From assembly GCA_934546935.1 (NCBI GenBank), contig CAKTEH010000001.1:44460-108459 (forward strand): a DNA stretch of 64,000 bases, read 5' to 3'. The stretch is from an uncultured Eubacteriales bacterium. Lineage in GTDB: Bacteria; Bacillota; Clostridia; Oscillospirales; QAMX01. The notes under the pieces were generated by a model, which was given only the letters and a program-made list of their open reading frames with translations, had not been told where the DNA came from and ran no database searches. Shown one piece after another: positions 18,103-26,653 of this stretch; within the stretch, counting starts at the first letter, position 1; each line of letters opens with the position of its first letter. The position numbers were made by a program, and so were the translations under genes.

Positions 18103-18229
18103 AAAAAAACGCGGCAGCCGGAAGAGCTGGAACCTCTCCCGGACCTGCACAAGTGTAAGGGCACCCATACAGCAGATTTTTCATCTGCGCCGCAAGGACA
18201 GTATACACGTTTTTTCCCTTTTTCGCAAG
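18103..18229 (+). repeat. Copy 1 of a ~126-nt structured non-coding repeat
   Basis: Aligns with 18548-18673. Contains hairpin CCGGAAGAG..CTCTCCCGG (18118-18142) and hairpin GCAGAT ttttc ATCTGC (18172-18188). Ends in a T-rich tract ACACGTTTTTTCCCTTTTTC. Confidence 0.7.
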
Positions 18230-18547
18230 CACATCTTCTATCCCGTAACCGGATTGCAACATGTTGGTTTTCCGGTACGTCGGCTTTTTGTTTGCTGTCT
18301 GTGCGTTTCTTTTTATGCCTTTTTCACACTGTGCGGAGAGTCTTCTTCCCTTTCTCTGGTTTTCAGGAGAGGAAAGAAGATGTTTGTCTGCGCGGTGTGT
18401 TTTTTATTTCCCGCTTTTCTCCGTTTTTAACGATTCAAAAAAATTCTTTTTTTCTCTTTCCCGCAAAAAAAGCGGGGGATCTTTCCGCACTCGGGAAAAG
18501 CATCCGCCGCTGCACTTCCTTTTTTTATCACTTTTCGGGAAAACAGA

Positions 18548-18673
18548 AAAAAAACACGGCAGCCCGGAAGAGCTGGAACCTCTTCCGGAGCCTGCGCAGG
18601 TGTAAGGGCACCTACACAGCAGACAAGTCTGCGCCGCGAGGGTAGTATACACGATTTTCCGCTTTTTCACAAG
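18548..18673 (+). repeat. Copy 2 of the ~126-nt structured non-coding repeat
   Basis: Lies 445 bp downstream of copy 1. Hairpin CCGGAAGAG..CTCTTCCGG (18564-18588, perfect here) and hairpin GCAGAC aa GTCTGC (18619-18632). The T->C and A->G changes relative to copy 1 keep the pairing. Stops occur in all frames across the two copies. Confidence 0.7.
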
Positions 18674-18963
18674 AGGGAGCGGCGAATTTTGTCGTACTTT
18701 TCCAACCGCGTGTGTGGTCAAAAAGGCGCTGTGTAGTGCGCGCGGCAGGTTTTTTATCCTGCCGCAATGCGCCTGCACAGTGTCTTTTCTGTTTTCTCCA
18801 AAGCCGCGCGGGGGAGGGGAGCCGGGCGCCGCCCGGCCTATCCCCCCCCCTGCAACGCCGAAGGAGAATAGACCGCCCCCACGCACGGGCGCCGGCGTCT
18901 GTCCGGCGTCCGGGATCAGGCACGCGGCCGCAGCGGCCCGTCCGGAAAGGACGCCAAAACGCA

Positions 18964-19521
18964 ATGAGTTTTTATCCAACTGCATTTCCAGGCCTTGCGC
19001 CTGCACGCTATCTTGATTATCTGAGTTTTGCCTGTGAGCGCGCGTTGTATGAAATTGCCTTTTCCCATGGCAACGCGGATATGGGCTGGCAGGAGTTTGT
19101 GCTTCTGCTGCGCAGCCAGGCGAAGCTGCGCACGGCTGCGCGCGCGGTAATCCGCCATGCGCTGCGCACCTGTCCGAGCGGCCAGCTCCATTTTGACAGC
19201 TTTGCGCTGGTAGATTTCTTCGGCCCGGATGCGCCGGAAACGCTGGAGGCGGCCCGGCTGTTTGACGAGAAGGAGGCCGGGCGCCTGCTTTTCCGTTTCC
19301 GCCAACGCTGTATGCAGGCGCAGTATGCGCTCCTGTATGCGCGCGACCCTGCCTATCGTGAGATAGATTATACCCGCGATGTCCAGCTTGACGAGATCGT
19401 GCGCGGACGTCTGCGCCATGGCTTTGAAGATGCGCTGCGCAGGTTCGATTTCAAGGCCCTGTGGGTCTGCGATGAAATCAAAGAAACCCGTTTCCTCTGG
19501 GACGATACGCCGCCGCAGTAA
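18964..19521 (+). CDS. Hypothetical protein (185 aa)
   Basis: ORF 18712..19521. The upstream 84 codons run through GC-rich hairpins, so I prefer the ATG at 18964 (MSFYPTAFPGLAPARYLDYL...). No recognisable motif. Confidence 0.5.
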   Translation: MSFYPTAFPGLAPARYLDYLSFACERALYEIAFSHGNADMGWQEFVLLLRSQAKLRTAARAVIRHALRTCPSGQLHFDSFALVDFFGPDAPETLEAARLFDEKEAGRLLFRFRQRCMQAQYALLYARDPAYREIDYTRDVQLDEIVRGRLRHGFEDALRRFDFKALWVCDEIKETRFLWDDTPPQ

Positions 19522-19650
19522 AGCCCCGGCGCCCTGCGGGGGCAAAAGCCGTACCCTGCGGCGTTCGGTTTCTGCAAGGGCGCTTCGCGGTACACAGCCG
19601 CGCCCCGTGGCGTTAAGCTTCTGCAAGAGCGCTTCGCGGCGCAGTGCCGC
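19431..19650 (+). repeat. 220-bp direct repeat, copy 1 (includes the last ~30 codons and stop of the hypothetical gene)
   Basis: Roughly 90% identical by eye to 21731-21950. It contains an internal duplicated motif, TTCTGCAAG(G/A)GCGCTTCGCGG. Confidence 0.85.
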
Positions 19651-19862
19651 GTTGCGTATCGGCGCTCTGCCTTTTGCGATGGTGTTTTGCCTGCTGTGCC
19701 GGCAGCCGTCCAGAGAGGGCAGGCGCTTTTTTCTTTGTAAAACTTCCCGCCTTAAATTGCAGCAGTGCGATAGATACAGTATAACAGAGCTGACGCCTAC
19801 TGCGCAGCCGGTTTGCTGCATACTGCCGGATTTTGCAAATATTCGCATTCTGGAAATATGCG

Positions 19863-19892
19863 AAAGGACGCGCCCGTGGGCGCGTCCTTTTT
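19863..19892. terminator. Bidirectional terminator downstream of the esterase gene
   Basis: AAAGGACGCGCCCgtGGGCGCGTCCTTTTT, 12 nt beyond the esterase stop. Confidence 0.75.
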
Positions 19893-19903
19893 AAACTATG
19901 TAC

Positions 19904-21448
19904 TTATTTGCGCCAGAGCTTGCCGGCCGCCGTCTTATAGAGGAAGTCGATGGCCGGGGAAAGCGCCGCCGGATCCATCTCGGCCTTCTCGCGGAAGGTA
20001 ATGCCGCGGGAATCGTCGCCCGTGAAAGGACGCCACGTGGGCATCGGCGTGCCGTCGGCGTCGGGGCCGTTCGGGTCGCCGGTTTTTGCAAAGTTCGTCC
20101 AGTAATTGCACATCTGGCGGGCCAGGTCGTAATGCTTGCCCGTGAAGGGACGCCAGCACTTGGCGAGCGTTTCAAACATGAACCACAGCTCGGAGGAGTG
20201 GAACGCGCCAGCGTTGTCGCCGCCGGGCATTTCGGGACCGAAGGAGTAGAAGTAGGCGGGCAGGCCCGCTTCTGCCGCGCGCATGGAGAAGAGCCGCGCG
20301 CCAAAGGCGGAGCCGTTGACGGTCGCGTTTTCCATCACGGCGGCCTCGTCCAGCTTGCCCTTGCCGCAAATCGACAGGAACTCATCCGCCGCGTCGCCCA
20401 GACGCGCGCGCACCATCGTCTCAAACTCCTCGTAGGTCTTGGCGGGGAACACATTGGCGAACTCGTCGTCCGTGTTGCCGATCATGACCGGAATCTGGAG
20501 ACGGCGGTTTTCGCAGAGCATCCGGTTCGGCTGGTCCGGCAGGAACGTGCCGTCCACGCACAGGCCCCAGCGATGGATGCCCGCGTTGCGGAACGCGCTT
20601 GCCTTATCGCGCAGGGTTTCCGCGTCGATCCGGCGCGCCTCCTCGAGCGTTTTTACGCCGAGATACTCGAAGAACTTCACGCCGGCCTGCTCGGCCTCCG
20701 CGAGCGTGGGATATTCGCCGCCGCGCACGCCGGTACCGAAGCTGATGCCGCCGCCGGACTGCGAAATGGCGTGGGTAATGCCGTTATTTTCGTTCAGAGG
20801 CGTGACGATTTGGCACAGCGTGCTGCGTCCGCCCGCAGACTGGCCGAACACGGTGATGTTGTCCGGATCGCCGCCGAAGTTTGTGATGTTGCGGCGCACC
20901 CAGTCGATGCCGGCCTTCTGGTCGTAGAGGCCGAAGTTTGCACAGTTCACGCCGCCATTTTCCGCCGTAATTTCCGGATGCGCAAGGAAGCCGAACGCGT
21001 TGATGCGGTAGTTGACGCTGACGAGCACGACGCCGCGGCGCGCGATGCGCTCGCCGTCGAACTCCATCTCGGACGGGTGGCCCCAGTTGAGCCCGCCGCC
21101 GTAAATCCACACCATGACGGGCAGGCGCTCGTCAGCCGACTTTGCGGGCGTCCAGACGTTTAACTGAAGGCAGTCCTCGCTCATCACGGCCATTTCGTCG
21201 CGCGCGGGGTCGTTGTGCCACTCCTTGTCGTAGAAACCGCCGCCGCTGGGGATGTCCTGCATGGCGATGGCGCCAAAGCGGAAGCAGTCGCGCACGCCCT
21301 CCCAGTTTGCAGCGGGCTGCGGGACGCGCCAGCGGTTGCGTCCGACCGGCGGCGCGGCGAAGGGGATGCCCTTAAACGCGGTGATAAACGTATCGGCGGC
21401 CGGCAGGCCGCGTACCATACCGTTTTCTGTTTTTGTAACACGAAGCAT
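19904..21448 (-). CDS. Type-B carboxylesterase (para-nitrobenzyl esterase-like)
   Basis: 514 aa. LPVMVWIYGGGL (oxyanion hole), FGQSAGG (GxSxG nucleophile elbow), EDCLQLNVW. Confidence 0.9.
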   Translation of the reverse strand: MLRVTKTENGMVRGLPAADTFITAFKGIPFAAPPVGRNRWRVPQPAANWEGVRDCFRFGAIAMQDIPSGGGFYDKEWHNDPARDEMAVMSEDCLQLNVWTPAKSADERLPVMVWIYGGGLNWGHPSEMEFDGERIARRGVVLVSVNYRINAFGFLAHPEITAENGGVNCANFGLYDQKAGIDWVRRNITNFGGDPDNITVFGQSAGGRSTLCQIVTPLNENNGITHAISQSGGGISFGTGVRGGEYPTLAEAEQAGVKFFEYLGVKTLEEARRIDAETLRDKASAFRNAGIHRWGLCVDGTFLPDQPNRMLCENRRLQIPVMIGNTDDEFANVFPAKTYEEFETMVRARLGDAADEFLSICGKGKLDEAAVMENATVNGSAFGARLFSMRAAEAGLPAYFYSFGPEMPGGDNAGAFHSSELWFMFETLAKCWRPFTGKHYDLARQMCNYWTNFAKTGDPNGPDADGTPMPTWRPFTGDDSRGITFREKAEMDPAALSPAIDFLYKTAAGKLWRK

Positions 21449-21730
21449 AAAATTGACCCTTCCTTATTCGATTTATTTGTGTAAATTTATGATATCGTGT
21501 CTTCTTTCTCTTGTCAATAGAAAATGAACCGGAAATCTATGAAGAAAGTTATGAAAAGCAGTGTGCGTATCGTATAATTGGAAAAGCGAATGCACAGATG
21601 GATTTGATATAGAAAGGGAATTTTCTTGATCCATATCAAAGAAAAACTTTCCATGCCGGTGTATTTCTCCTGGAATTTGGAACCACAACCGGCCGTCTTG
21701 CTGGCGCCGCTGTGGCATGTGGTGGCGTGG

Positions 21731-21950
21731 ATGTCTGCGCAGGTTCGATTTTAAGGCCCTGCGGGTCTGCGATGAAATCAAAGAAACCCGTTTCCTCTGG
21801 GACGATACGCCGCCGCAGTAAAGCCCCAGCGCTCTGCGGCGGCAAAACGCCGTACCCTGCGGCGTTCGGTTTCTGCAAGGGCGCTTCGCGGTACACAGCC
21901 GCGCCCCGTAGTGTTAAGCTTCTGCAAGAACTTCCACGGCGCAGTGCCGC
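21731..21950 (+). repeat. 220-bp direct repeat, copy 2 (orphan 3' gene fragment)
   Basis: Exactly 2300 bp downstream of copy 1. It encodes ...RFDFKALRVCDEIKETRFLWDDTPPQ* with no upstream coding continuation. Confidence 0.85.
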
Positions 21951-22449
21951 TTGCCATCCCGTGCAGAAGGGTGGTATAGATTTGCAATATGCAAGTGATT
22001 TGCAGATGAAAATTCTTGCATACTGCAATATTGTCCTGCATATAATTTGCTTAATGCAAATACTATGCTTTTTTTCACTGGATACCTCCAAAATCCGGAA
22101 GTATCCTTCCTTTTCCCATTTGTGAATCCGATTAATAAATTGTGAAATGCAAATATTGATGTTTGCATTTGCATTTTGCAATTAACTTTCTGCCGTGCTT
22201 TCACAAGATGTTTTCGTACCAAAGCTGTGATTTTCCCCGCGCCGGCGCTTTCTTCATTGCTGGCAGAGGATTGCCTGGCGTCTTTATCTCTTGCCGCAGA
22301 TGCAGTATCCAGCCGGATGGCCCCGGCATCCCGCCTTTTATTTGCCTGCCCTGCCTTTCACGCCGCTTTCACCATGGTGTACCTGCCATATAGAAATCCC
22401 CATCCCCGTCCATATCTTCTGCTGCGACTGCTGCGGCGTTGTGGACGGC

Positions 22450-22488
22450 AAAAAAAAGCGTTTCTGTCCGTCGGACAGAAACGCTTTT
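22450..22488 (-). terminator. Rho-independent terminator of the pncB-cysK-cysE operon
   Basis: On the minus strand: AAAAGCGTTTCTGTCCGaCGGACAGAAACGCTTTTTTTT, 18 nt after the cysE stop. Confidence 0.8.
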
Positions 22489-22505
22489 CCTATTTCCCGG
22501 GATTT

Positions 22506-23402
22506 TTACAGCCTGGTAATATTCAAAACCGGCGGTGTATTGTATACCTTTGAATCCGGCGCGACCGAGCGTGTCAGCCAGACATTGCCGCCGATGACGC
22601 TGCGGTCTCCGATTTTCGTATCGCCGCCGAGCACAGTTGCGCCGGAGTAGATCACAACGTCGTTGCCGATATCCGGATGGCGCTTAATCCCTTTGACCGG
22701 ATTGCCGTCCTCGTCCAGGGCGAAGCTGCGTGCGCCGAGGGTGACCCCCTGATACATCTTCACACGGTCGCCGATAGTACAGGTTTCACCGATTACCACA
22801 CCTGTGCCGTGGTCGATAAAGAAGCTTTTTCCGATCGTCGCGCCGGGATGGATATCGATGCCGGTATTAGTGTGCGCGTATTCGGTCATAATGCGCGGGA
22901 TTGTCGGAACACCCAGCACATACAGCTCGTGCGCCAGCCGGTAGACCATCACCGCTTCAAATCCGGGATAGGAGAGTATAATTTCCTCCTGCCCACGTGC
23001 GGCAGGGTCACCGTTGTAAGCTGCCTGGATATCCAACCCGAGAAGCATGCGGATTTCCGGCAGCTTTTTTAAAAACGCAAGGCTGATTTCGTCAGCACGG
23101 CGGCGGCAGTCCTCGCCGCATTGCCCATAGCCGCGCAGCGCCGCGTAGACAAGCGAACGCAGCTCGATCCCCGCGTCGCGCAACCGTGCGGCAATAAAGA
23201 CGTCGACGCTGTCGCCGTCGTCGGGGAAGCTTTCGTATATGCCGGGGAACAGCGCTGAGCGCAAAAGCCCGATCAGCTCATGGACACGGGTCTTGCCCGC
23301 CGCGCCGATGGTCGATTCCCTGTCGGCAAAGTCGCGGTATTGCTGGTAGATCTGCTGCGATACCGCCGGCAGTTCCTGGTCAAATCTTTCGCCAAGCCTC
23401 AT
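22506..23402 (-). CDS. cysE: Serine O-acetyltransferase (long form)
   Basis: Hexapeptide-repeat core [43 protein letters not shown], with an N-terminal SATase helical domain. Confidence 0.9.
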   Translation of the reverse strand: MRLGERFDQELPAVSQQIYQQYRDFADRESTIGAAGKTRVHELIGLLRSALFPGIYESFPDDGDSVDVFIAARLRDAGIELRSLVYAALRGYGQCGEDCRRRADEISLAFLKKLPEIRMLLGLDIQAAYNGDPAARGQEEIILSYPGFEAVMVYRLAHELYVLGVPTIPRIMTEYAHTNTGIDIHPGATIGKSFFIDHGTGVVIGETCTIGDRVKMYQGVTLGARSFALDEDGNPVKGIKRHPDIGNDVVIYSGATVLGGDTKIGDRSVIGGNVWLTRSVAPDSKVYNTPPVLNITRL

Positions 23403-23405
23403 GCT

Positions 23406-24338
23406 TTACACCTCATACAGTTCGGTGGACAGATAGCGTTCGCCCGTGTCGGGCAGGAGCGTAAGGATCTGTCTTCCGGAAAATTCGGGCGTCCGCGCCA
23501 GCCGCGCAGCGGCGGCGAGCGCCGCGCCCGAGGAGATCCCGGCGAAAACGCCGTCTTCCCGCGCGGCCAGCCGCGCGGCGGCACAACTTTCCTCTGTCCC
23601 TGCCGTTTCCACCTGGTCAATCACGCCGCGGTCAAGCAGGTCAGGGATAAAATTGGCGCCGGTCCCCTGTATTTTATGCGCGCCGGTGCGCCCCTGTGAC
23701 AACAGGGGGGAATCTTCCGGCTCCACGGCGATGATCCGGATCCCCGGATCCTGCTGCTTCAGATAGCGTCCCACACCGGAAATCGTTCCGCCAGTACCGA
23801 ATGTAGCGACGAAAGCAGCCGGATGCCATCCCGACGCCATGCAGTCGCGCCAGATTTCAGGCCCGGTGGTTTCATAATGCGCGCGGGCGTTGTCGGGGTT
23901 GGAAAACTGGTCGGGAATATAGCCGCCGCGCGTTTGGGCAATATGCTGCGCGGCTTCAACTGCGCCGGCCATGCCCTGTTTCGCGTCGGTCAGCACCAGT
24001 TCGGCGCCCAGCGCATGCAGCAGCTTTCGCCGCTCAACGGACATGCTCTCCGGCATGGTCAGAACCACCGGGAAGCCAAAGCGTTTTGCAATATATGCAA
24101 GCCCAACGCCGGTATTGCCGGAAGTCGGCTCCACAATGATCATACCCTGCCGCAGCTCATCCCGCTCCATCGCGCCGCGGATCATATACAGCGCCGCACG
24201 ATCCTTTGCCGAGGACAGCGGGTTGAAAAATTCGCATTTTGCGGCGATTTCCGCTCCCAGTCCCTGCGCCGCGGCAAAGCCGGAAAGGCACACCAGCGGC
24301 GTGCAGCCAATTGCCTCCGACAGGTGCGAAAGAATCAT
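23406..24338 (-). CDS. cysK: Cysteine synthase A (O-acetylserine sulfhydrylase)
   Basis: ORF 23406..24524. The start MILSHLSEAIGCTPLV at 24338 follows GGAGGAGG. PLP motifs are NPLSSAKDR and TSGNTG ... GTGGTISG. The ATG overlaps the pncB stop (ATGA). Confidence 0.9.
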   Translation of the reverse strand: MILSHLSEAIGCTPLVCLSGFAAAQGLGAEIAAKCEFFNPLSSAKDRAALYMIRGAMERDELRQGMIIVEPTSGNTGVGLAYIAKRFGFPVVLTMPESMSVERRKLLHALGAELVLTDAKQGMAGAVEAAQHIAQTRGGYIPDQFSNPDNARAHYETTGPEIWRDCMASGWHPAAFVATFGTGGTISGVGRYLKQQDPGIRIIAVEPEDSPLLSQGRTGAHKIQGTGANFIPDLLDRGVIDQVETAGTEESCAAARLAAREDGVFAGISSGAALAAAARLARTPEFSGRQILTLLPDTGERYLSTELYEV

Positions 24339-25807
24339 AGGTTTTCCTCCTCCACGCGGTGGGAACGCATAATCAGAGCCTCTTTGATGTCCCAGAGCTT
24401 CTGGGAAAGGTCGACGTAATAGCGGTGCGGGTTTTCCAAGCGCAGGACTTCGTCCCAGAGGGTGTCGCACTGTTGGGTGCAGTAGCGCTGGATTTCGCGA
24501 ACGTCCGGGGAACTGTAGCAGCATTCTCCACGGCGGAACAGCTGGACCGGAAGCCGCACGGCTGTAAAGTCGGAAACGCTCTTGCGTTTCCAGATATGTT
24601 CAGGGTCAAAGAGCATATAGGGTTTTCCGCTTTCAATTTCCTCGTCGAACAAGGTAATTACGTCGGCAATCGCCTTGCCGGTCTGGTTGTCAAACAGCCG
24701 CCAGACCGTCTTAAACGCCGGCGTGGTAATTTTTCCGACGTTTTCGGAAATTTTCATCTTTGGTTCCAGCACGCCGTCTTTTTCCACGGCGGCCAGTTTG
24801 TAGACTCCGCCGAATACCGGGGCGGAGGAAGAGGTAATCAGACGCTCGCCGACGCCGAAAGAATTGATCGGCGCGCCCTGCTGCATCAGATCCTTGATTA
24901 AAAATTCATCAAGGGCGTTGGAAACGACGATGCCGCAGTCCGGGAAACCTGCCTCGTCGAGCTTTGTGCGAACCTGACGCGACAGATAGGCCAGGTCGCC
25001 GGAATCGATGCGGATACCTTTGGGCCGGTAGCCCTTTGGCAGGAGCACCTCGTTGAATACGCGGATCGCGTTGGGCAGACCGGAATGCATAACGCTGTAG
25101 GTGTCGATTAAGAGCGTGCAGTTATCTGGATATTCCTCTGCATAGGCACGGAAGGCTTCATATTCAGAATCAAACATCATTACCCAACTGTGCGCCATTG
25201 TCCCAACGGCAGGGATGCCGTATTCCCGGTCGGCAATGGTGCAGGCTGTGGCGCCGCAGCCGCCGATGAACGCCGCGCGCGCGCCAAGGATCGCGCCATC
25301 CCCGCCCTGCGCGCGCCGGGATCCGAATTCCATAACGGCGCTGCCGCGTGCGGCGCGGGTAATGCGTTTGGCTTTTGTGGCGATCAGGCTCTGATGGTTG
25401 ATCAGCAGCAGGACCATGGTTTCGATAAACTGTGCCTGGATTACCGGGCCGCGCACGGTAACGATCGGCTCGCCGGGGAAAATCGGCGTGCCCTCCGGGA
25501 TTGCCCAGACGTCGCAGGCAAAACGGAAATTGCGCAGGTAATCCAGGAATTCCTCGCAGAAGCAGCCGCGCGCCCGCAGGTAATCCAGGTCATCCTCGTC
25601 AAAGCGCAGGTTCTTCAGGTATTCGGCCAGCTGTTCCACGCCTGCCATGATCGCATAGCCGCCGTGATCTGGTACTGTGCGGAAGAACATATCGAAGCAG
25701 ACTTCGCGTTCGCCAAAGCCGCGGCGCAGATAGCCGTTGGCCATGGTCAGCTCGTAAAAGTCAGTCAGCATCGTCAGGTTTGTCGTTAATTTCGTTTCCA
25801 TTTTCAA
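24335..25807 (-). CDS. pncB: Nicotinate phosphoribosyltransferase
   Basis: 490 aa. LTDFYELTMANGY, GTMAHSWVM, IRIDSGDL. Confidence 0.9.
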   Translation of the reverse strand: MKMETKLTTNLTMLTDFYELTMANGYLRRGFGEREVCFDMFFRTVPDHGGYAIMAGVEQLAEYLKNLRFDEDDLDYLRARGCFCEEFLDYLRNFRFACDVWAIPEGTPIFPGEPIVTVRGPVIQAQFIETMVLLLINHQSLIATKAKRITRAARGSAVMEFGSRRAQGGDGAILGARAAFIGGCGATACTIADREYGIPAVGTMAHSWVMMFDSEYEAFRAYAEEYPDNCTLLIDTYSVMHSGLPNAIRVFNEVLLPKGYRPKGIRIDSGDLAYLSRQVRTKLDEAGFPDCGIVVSNALDEFLIKDLMQQGAPINSFGVGERLITSSSAPVFGGVYKLAAVEKDGVLEPKMKISENVGKITTPAFKTVWRLFDNQTGKAIADVITLFDEEIESGKPYMLFDPEHIWKRKSVSDFTAVRLPVQLFRRGECCYSSPDVREIQRYCTQQCDTLWDEVLRLENPHRYYVDLSQKLWDIKEALIMRSHRVEEENL

Positions 25808-25869
25808 GCCTCCCCGGGGCTTTTGTCTTTCCGGCCGTTTTTACAGGCGGAAAGCGCCGTTATATACCA

Positions 25870-25899
25870 AATTTCGGCGGAATTGCTTCCGCCGAAATT
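25870..25899 (-). terminator. Hairpin downstream of pduL (weak terminator)
   Basis: AATTTCGGCGGAA ttgc TTCCGCCGAAATT. Only a short T-run (TTT) follows on the minus strand. Confidence 0.4.
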
Positions 25900-25920
25900 G
25901 CAGTATGGTTTTCTTTTTCT

Positions 25921-26490
25921 TTACTTGATAATTTCGCCGTATACGACGCCCGAAGCGCCGGCGGCATTGGATTCATCGGTGTCGATGTGCATAGCAGGCA
26001 TGAACTTCTCGCTGACACGTACAACTACGTCGCCAAAAACAAGCGGACGGCCCGCGTCAATTTTCACACTGACAATTTCCCCGTTTTCCACGCCGAATTC
26101 ACTGGCGTCGGACGGACGAAGGTGGATGTGACGCTTTGCAACAATAACGCCTTCTTTAAGCTCTACCGAGCCTGCGGGGCCAACGAGGGTGCAGCCGGCA
26201 CTTCCGGCGATATCGCCGCTTTCCCGGACAGGCGCACTTACGCCGAGGGTGCGCGCATCAGAAAGGCTGATCTCCACCTGGGTTGCCGAACGTACCGGCC
26301 CGAGGATTGACATGGCTGGGAATTCCCCTTTCGGGCCGACGACGCGCACGCGCTCGTTCGCTGCATACTGCCCAGGCTGGGACAGTTCCTTTTTTACTGT
26401 CAGCTCATAGCCTTCGCCGAACAATATATCCAGTGCCTCACGGCTGACGTGCAGATGTCTGGCTGAAGTTTCCACCAAAACCTTTGCCAT
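25921..26490 (-). CDS. pduL: Phosphate propanoyl/acetyl-transferase PduL
   Basis: 189 aa. The N-terminus VETSARHLHVSREALDILFG and the second repeat AKRHIHLRPSDA form the PduL double-domain signature. Confidence 0.85.
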   Translation of the reverse strand: MAKVLVETSARHLHVSREALDILFGEGYELTVKKELSQPGQYAANERVRVVGPKGEFPAMSILGPVRSATQVEISLSDARTLGVSAPVRESGDIAGSAGCTLVGPAGSVELKEGVIVAKRHIHLRPSDASEFGVENGEIVSVKIDAGRPLVFGDVVVRVSEKFMPAMHIDTDESNAAGASGVVYGEIIK

Positions 26491-26653
26491 AATTTTCCTC
26501 CTGATTTTTGAGGCTTATGCCCCTTTTGTTTCGAATTTCCAGATTATTTTAACACACACATCTTTTTTTTTCAATAGACCATGGGAACTTTTTGCCTTTT
26601 GCCGCGTCGAATTATACAGGTGAACCCAAAAAATGAATTTCGGAGGACAAAAT

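Noticed and set aside
18103-18673. Whether the two 126-nt repeats are a CRISPR array or a coding duplication
   Set aside because: There are only two copies. They are far longer than CRISPR repeats, sit 445 bp apart and have no cas genes nearby. Indels and stops between the copies exclude a conserved reading frame.
18712-18963. N-terminal 84-codon extension of the hypothetical protein (ORF track start at 18712)
   Set aside because: The extension consists of Arg/Pro/Gly-rich translation of GC hairpins and G-run/C-run tracts. The ATG at 18964 gives a compositionally normal protein.
19898-21163. 421-aa ORF on the plus strand overlapping the carboxylesterase
   Set aside because: It is antisense to a gene with unambiguous esterase motifs. 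Its composition is low-complexity Ala/Arg/Gly/Val.
24339-24524. 62-codon N-terminal extension of cysK overlapping pncB. The same applies to extensions of trmD (5244), sirtuin (54799), marR (17817), spoIIGA (54691) and the XRE gene (51649).
   Set aside because: In each case the conserved family N-terminus starts at an internal Met or Val that has a good Shine-Dalgarno sequence. The extensions overlap neighbouring genes or lack similarity.
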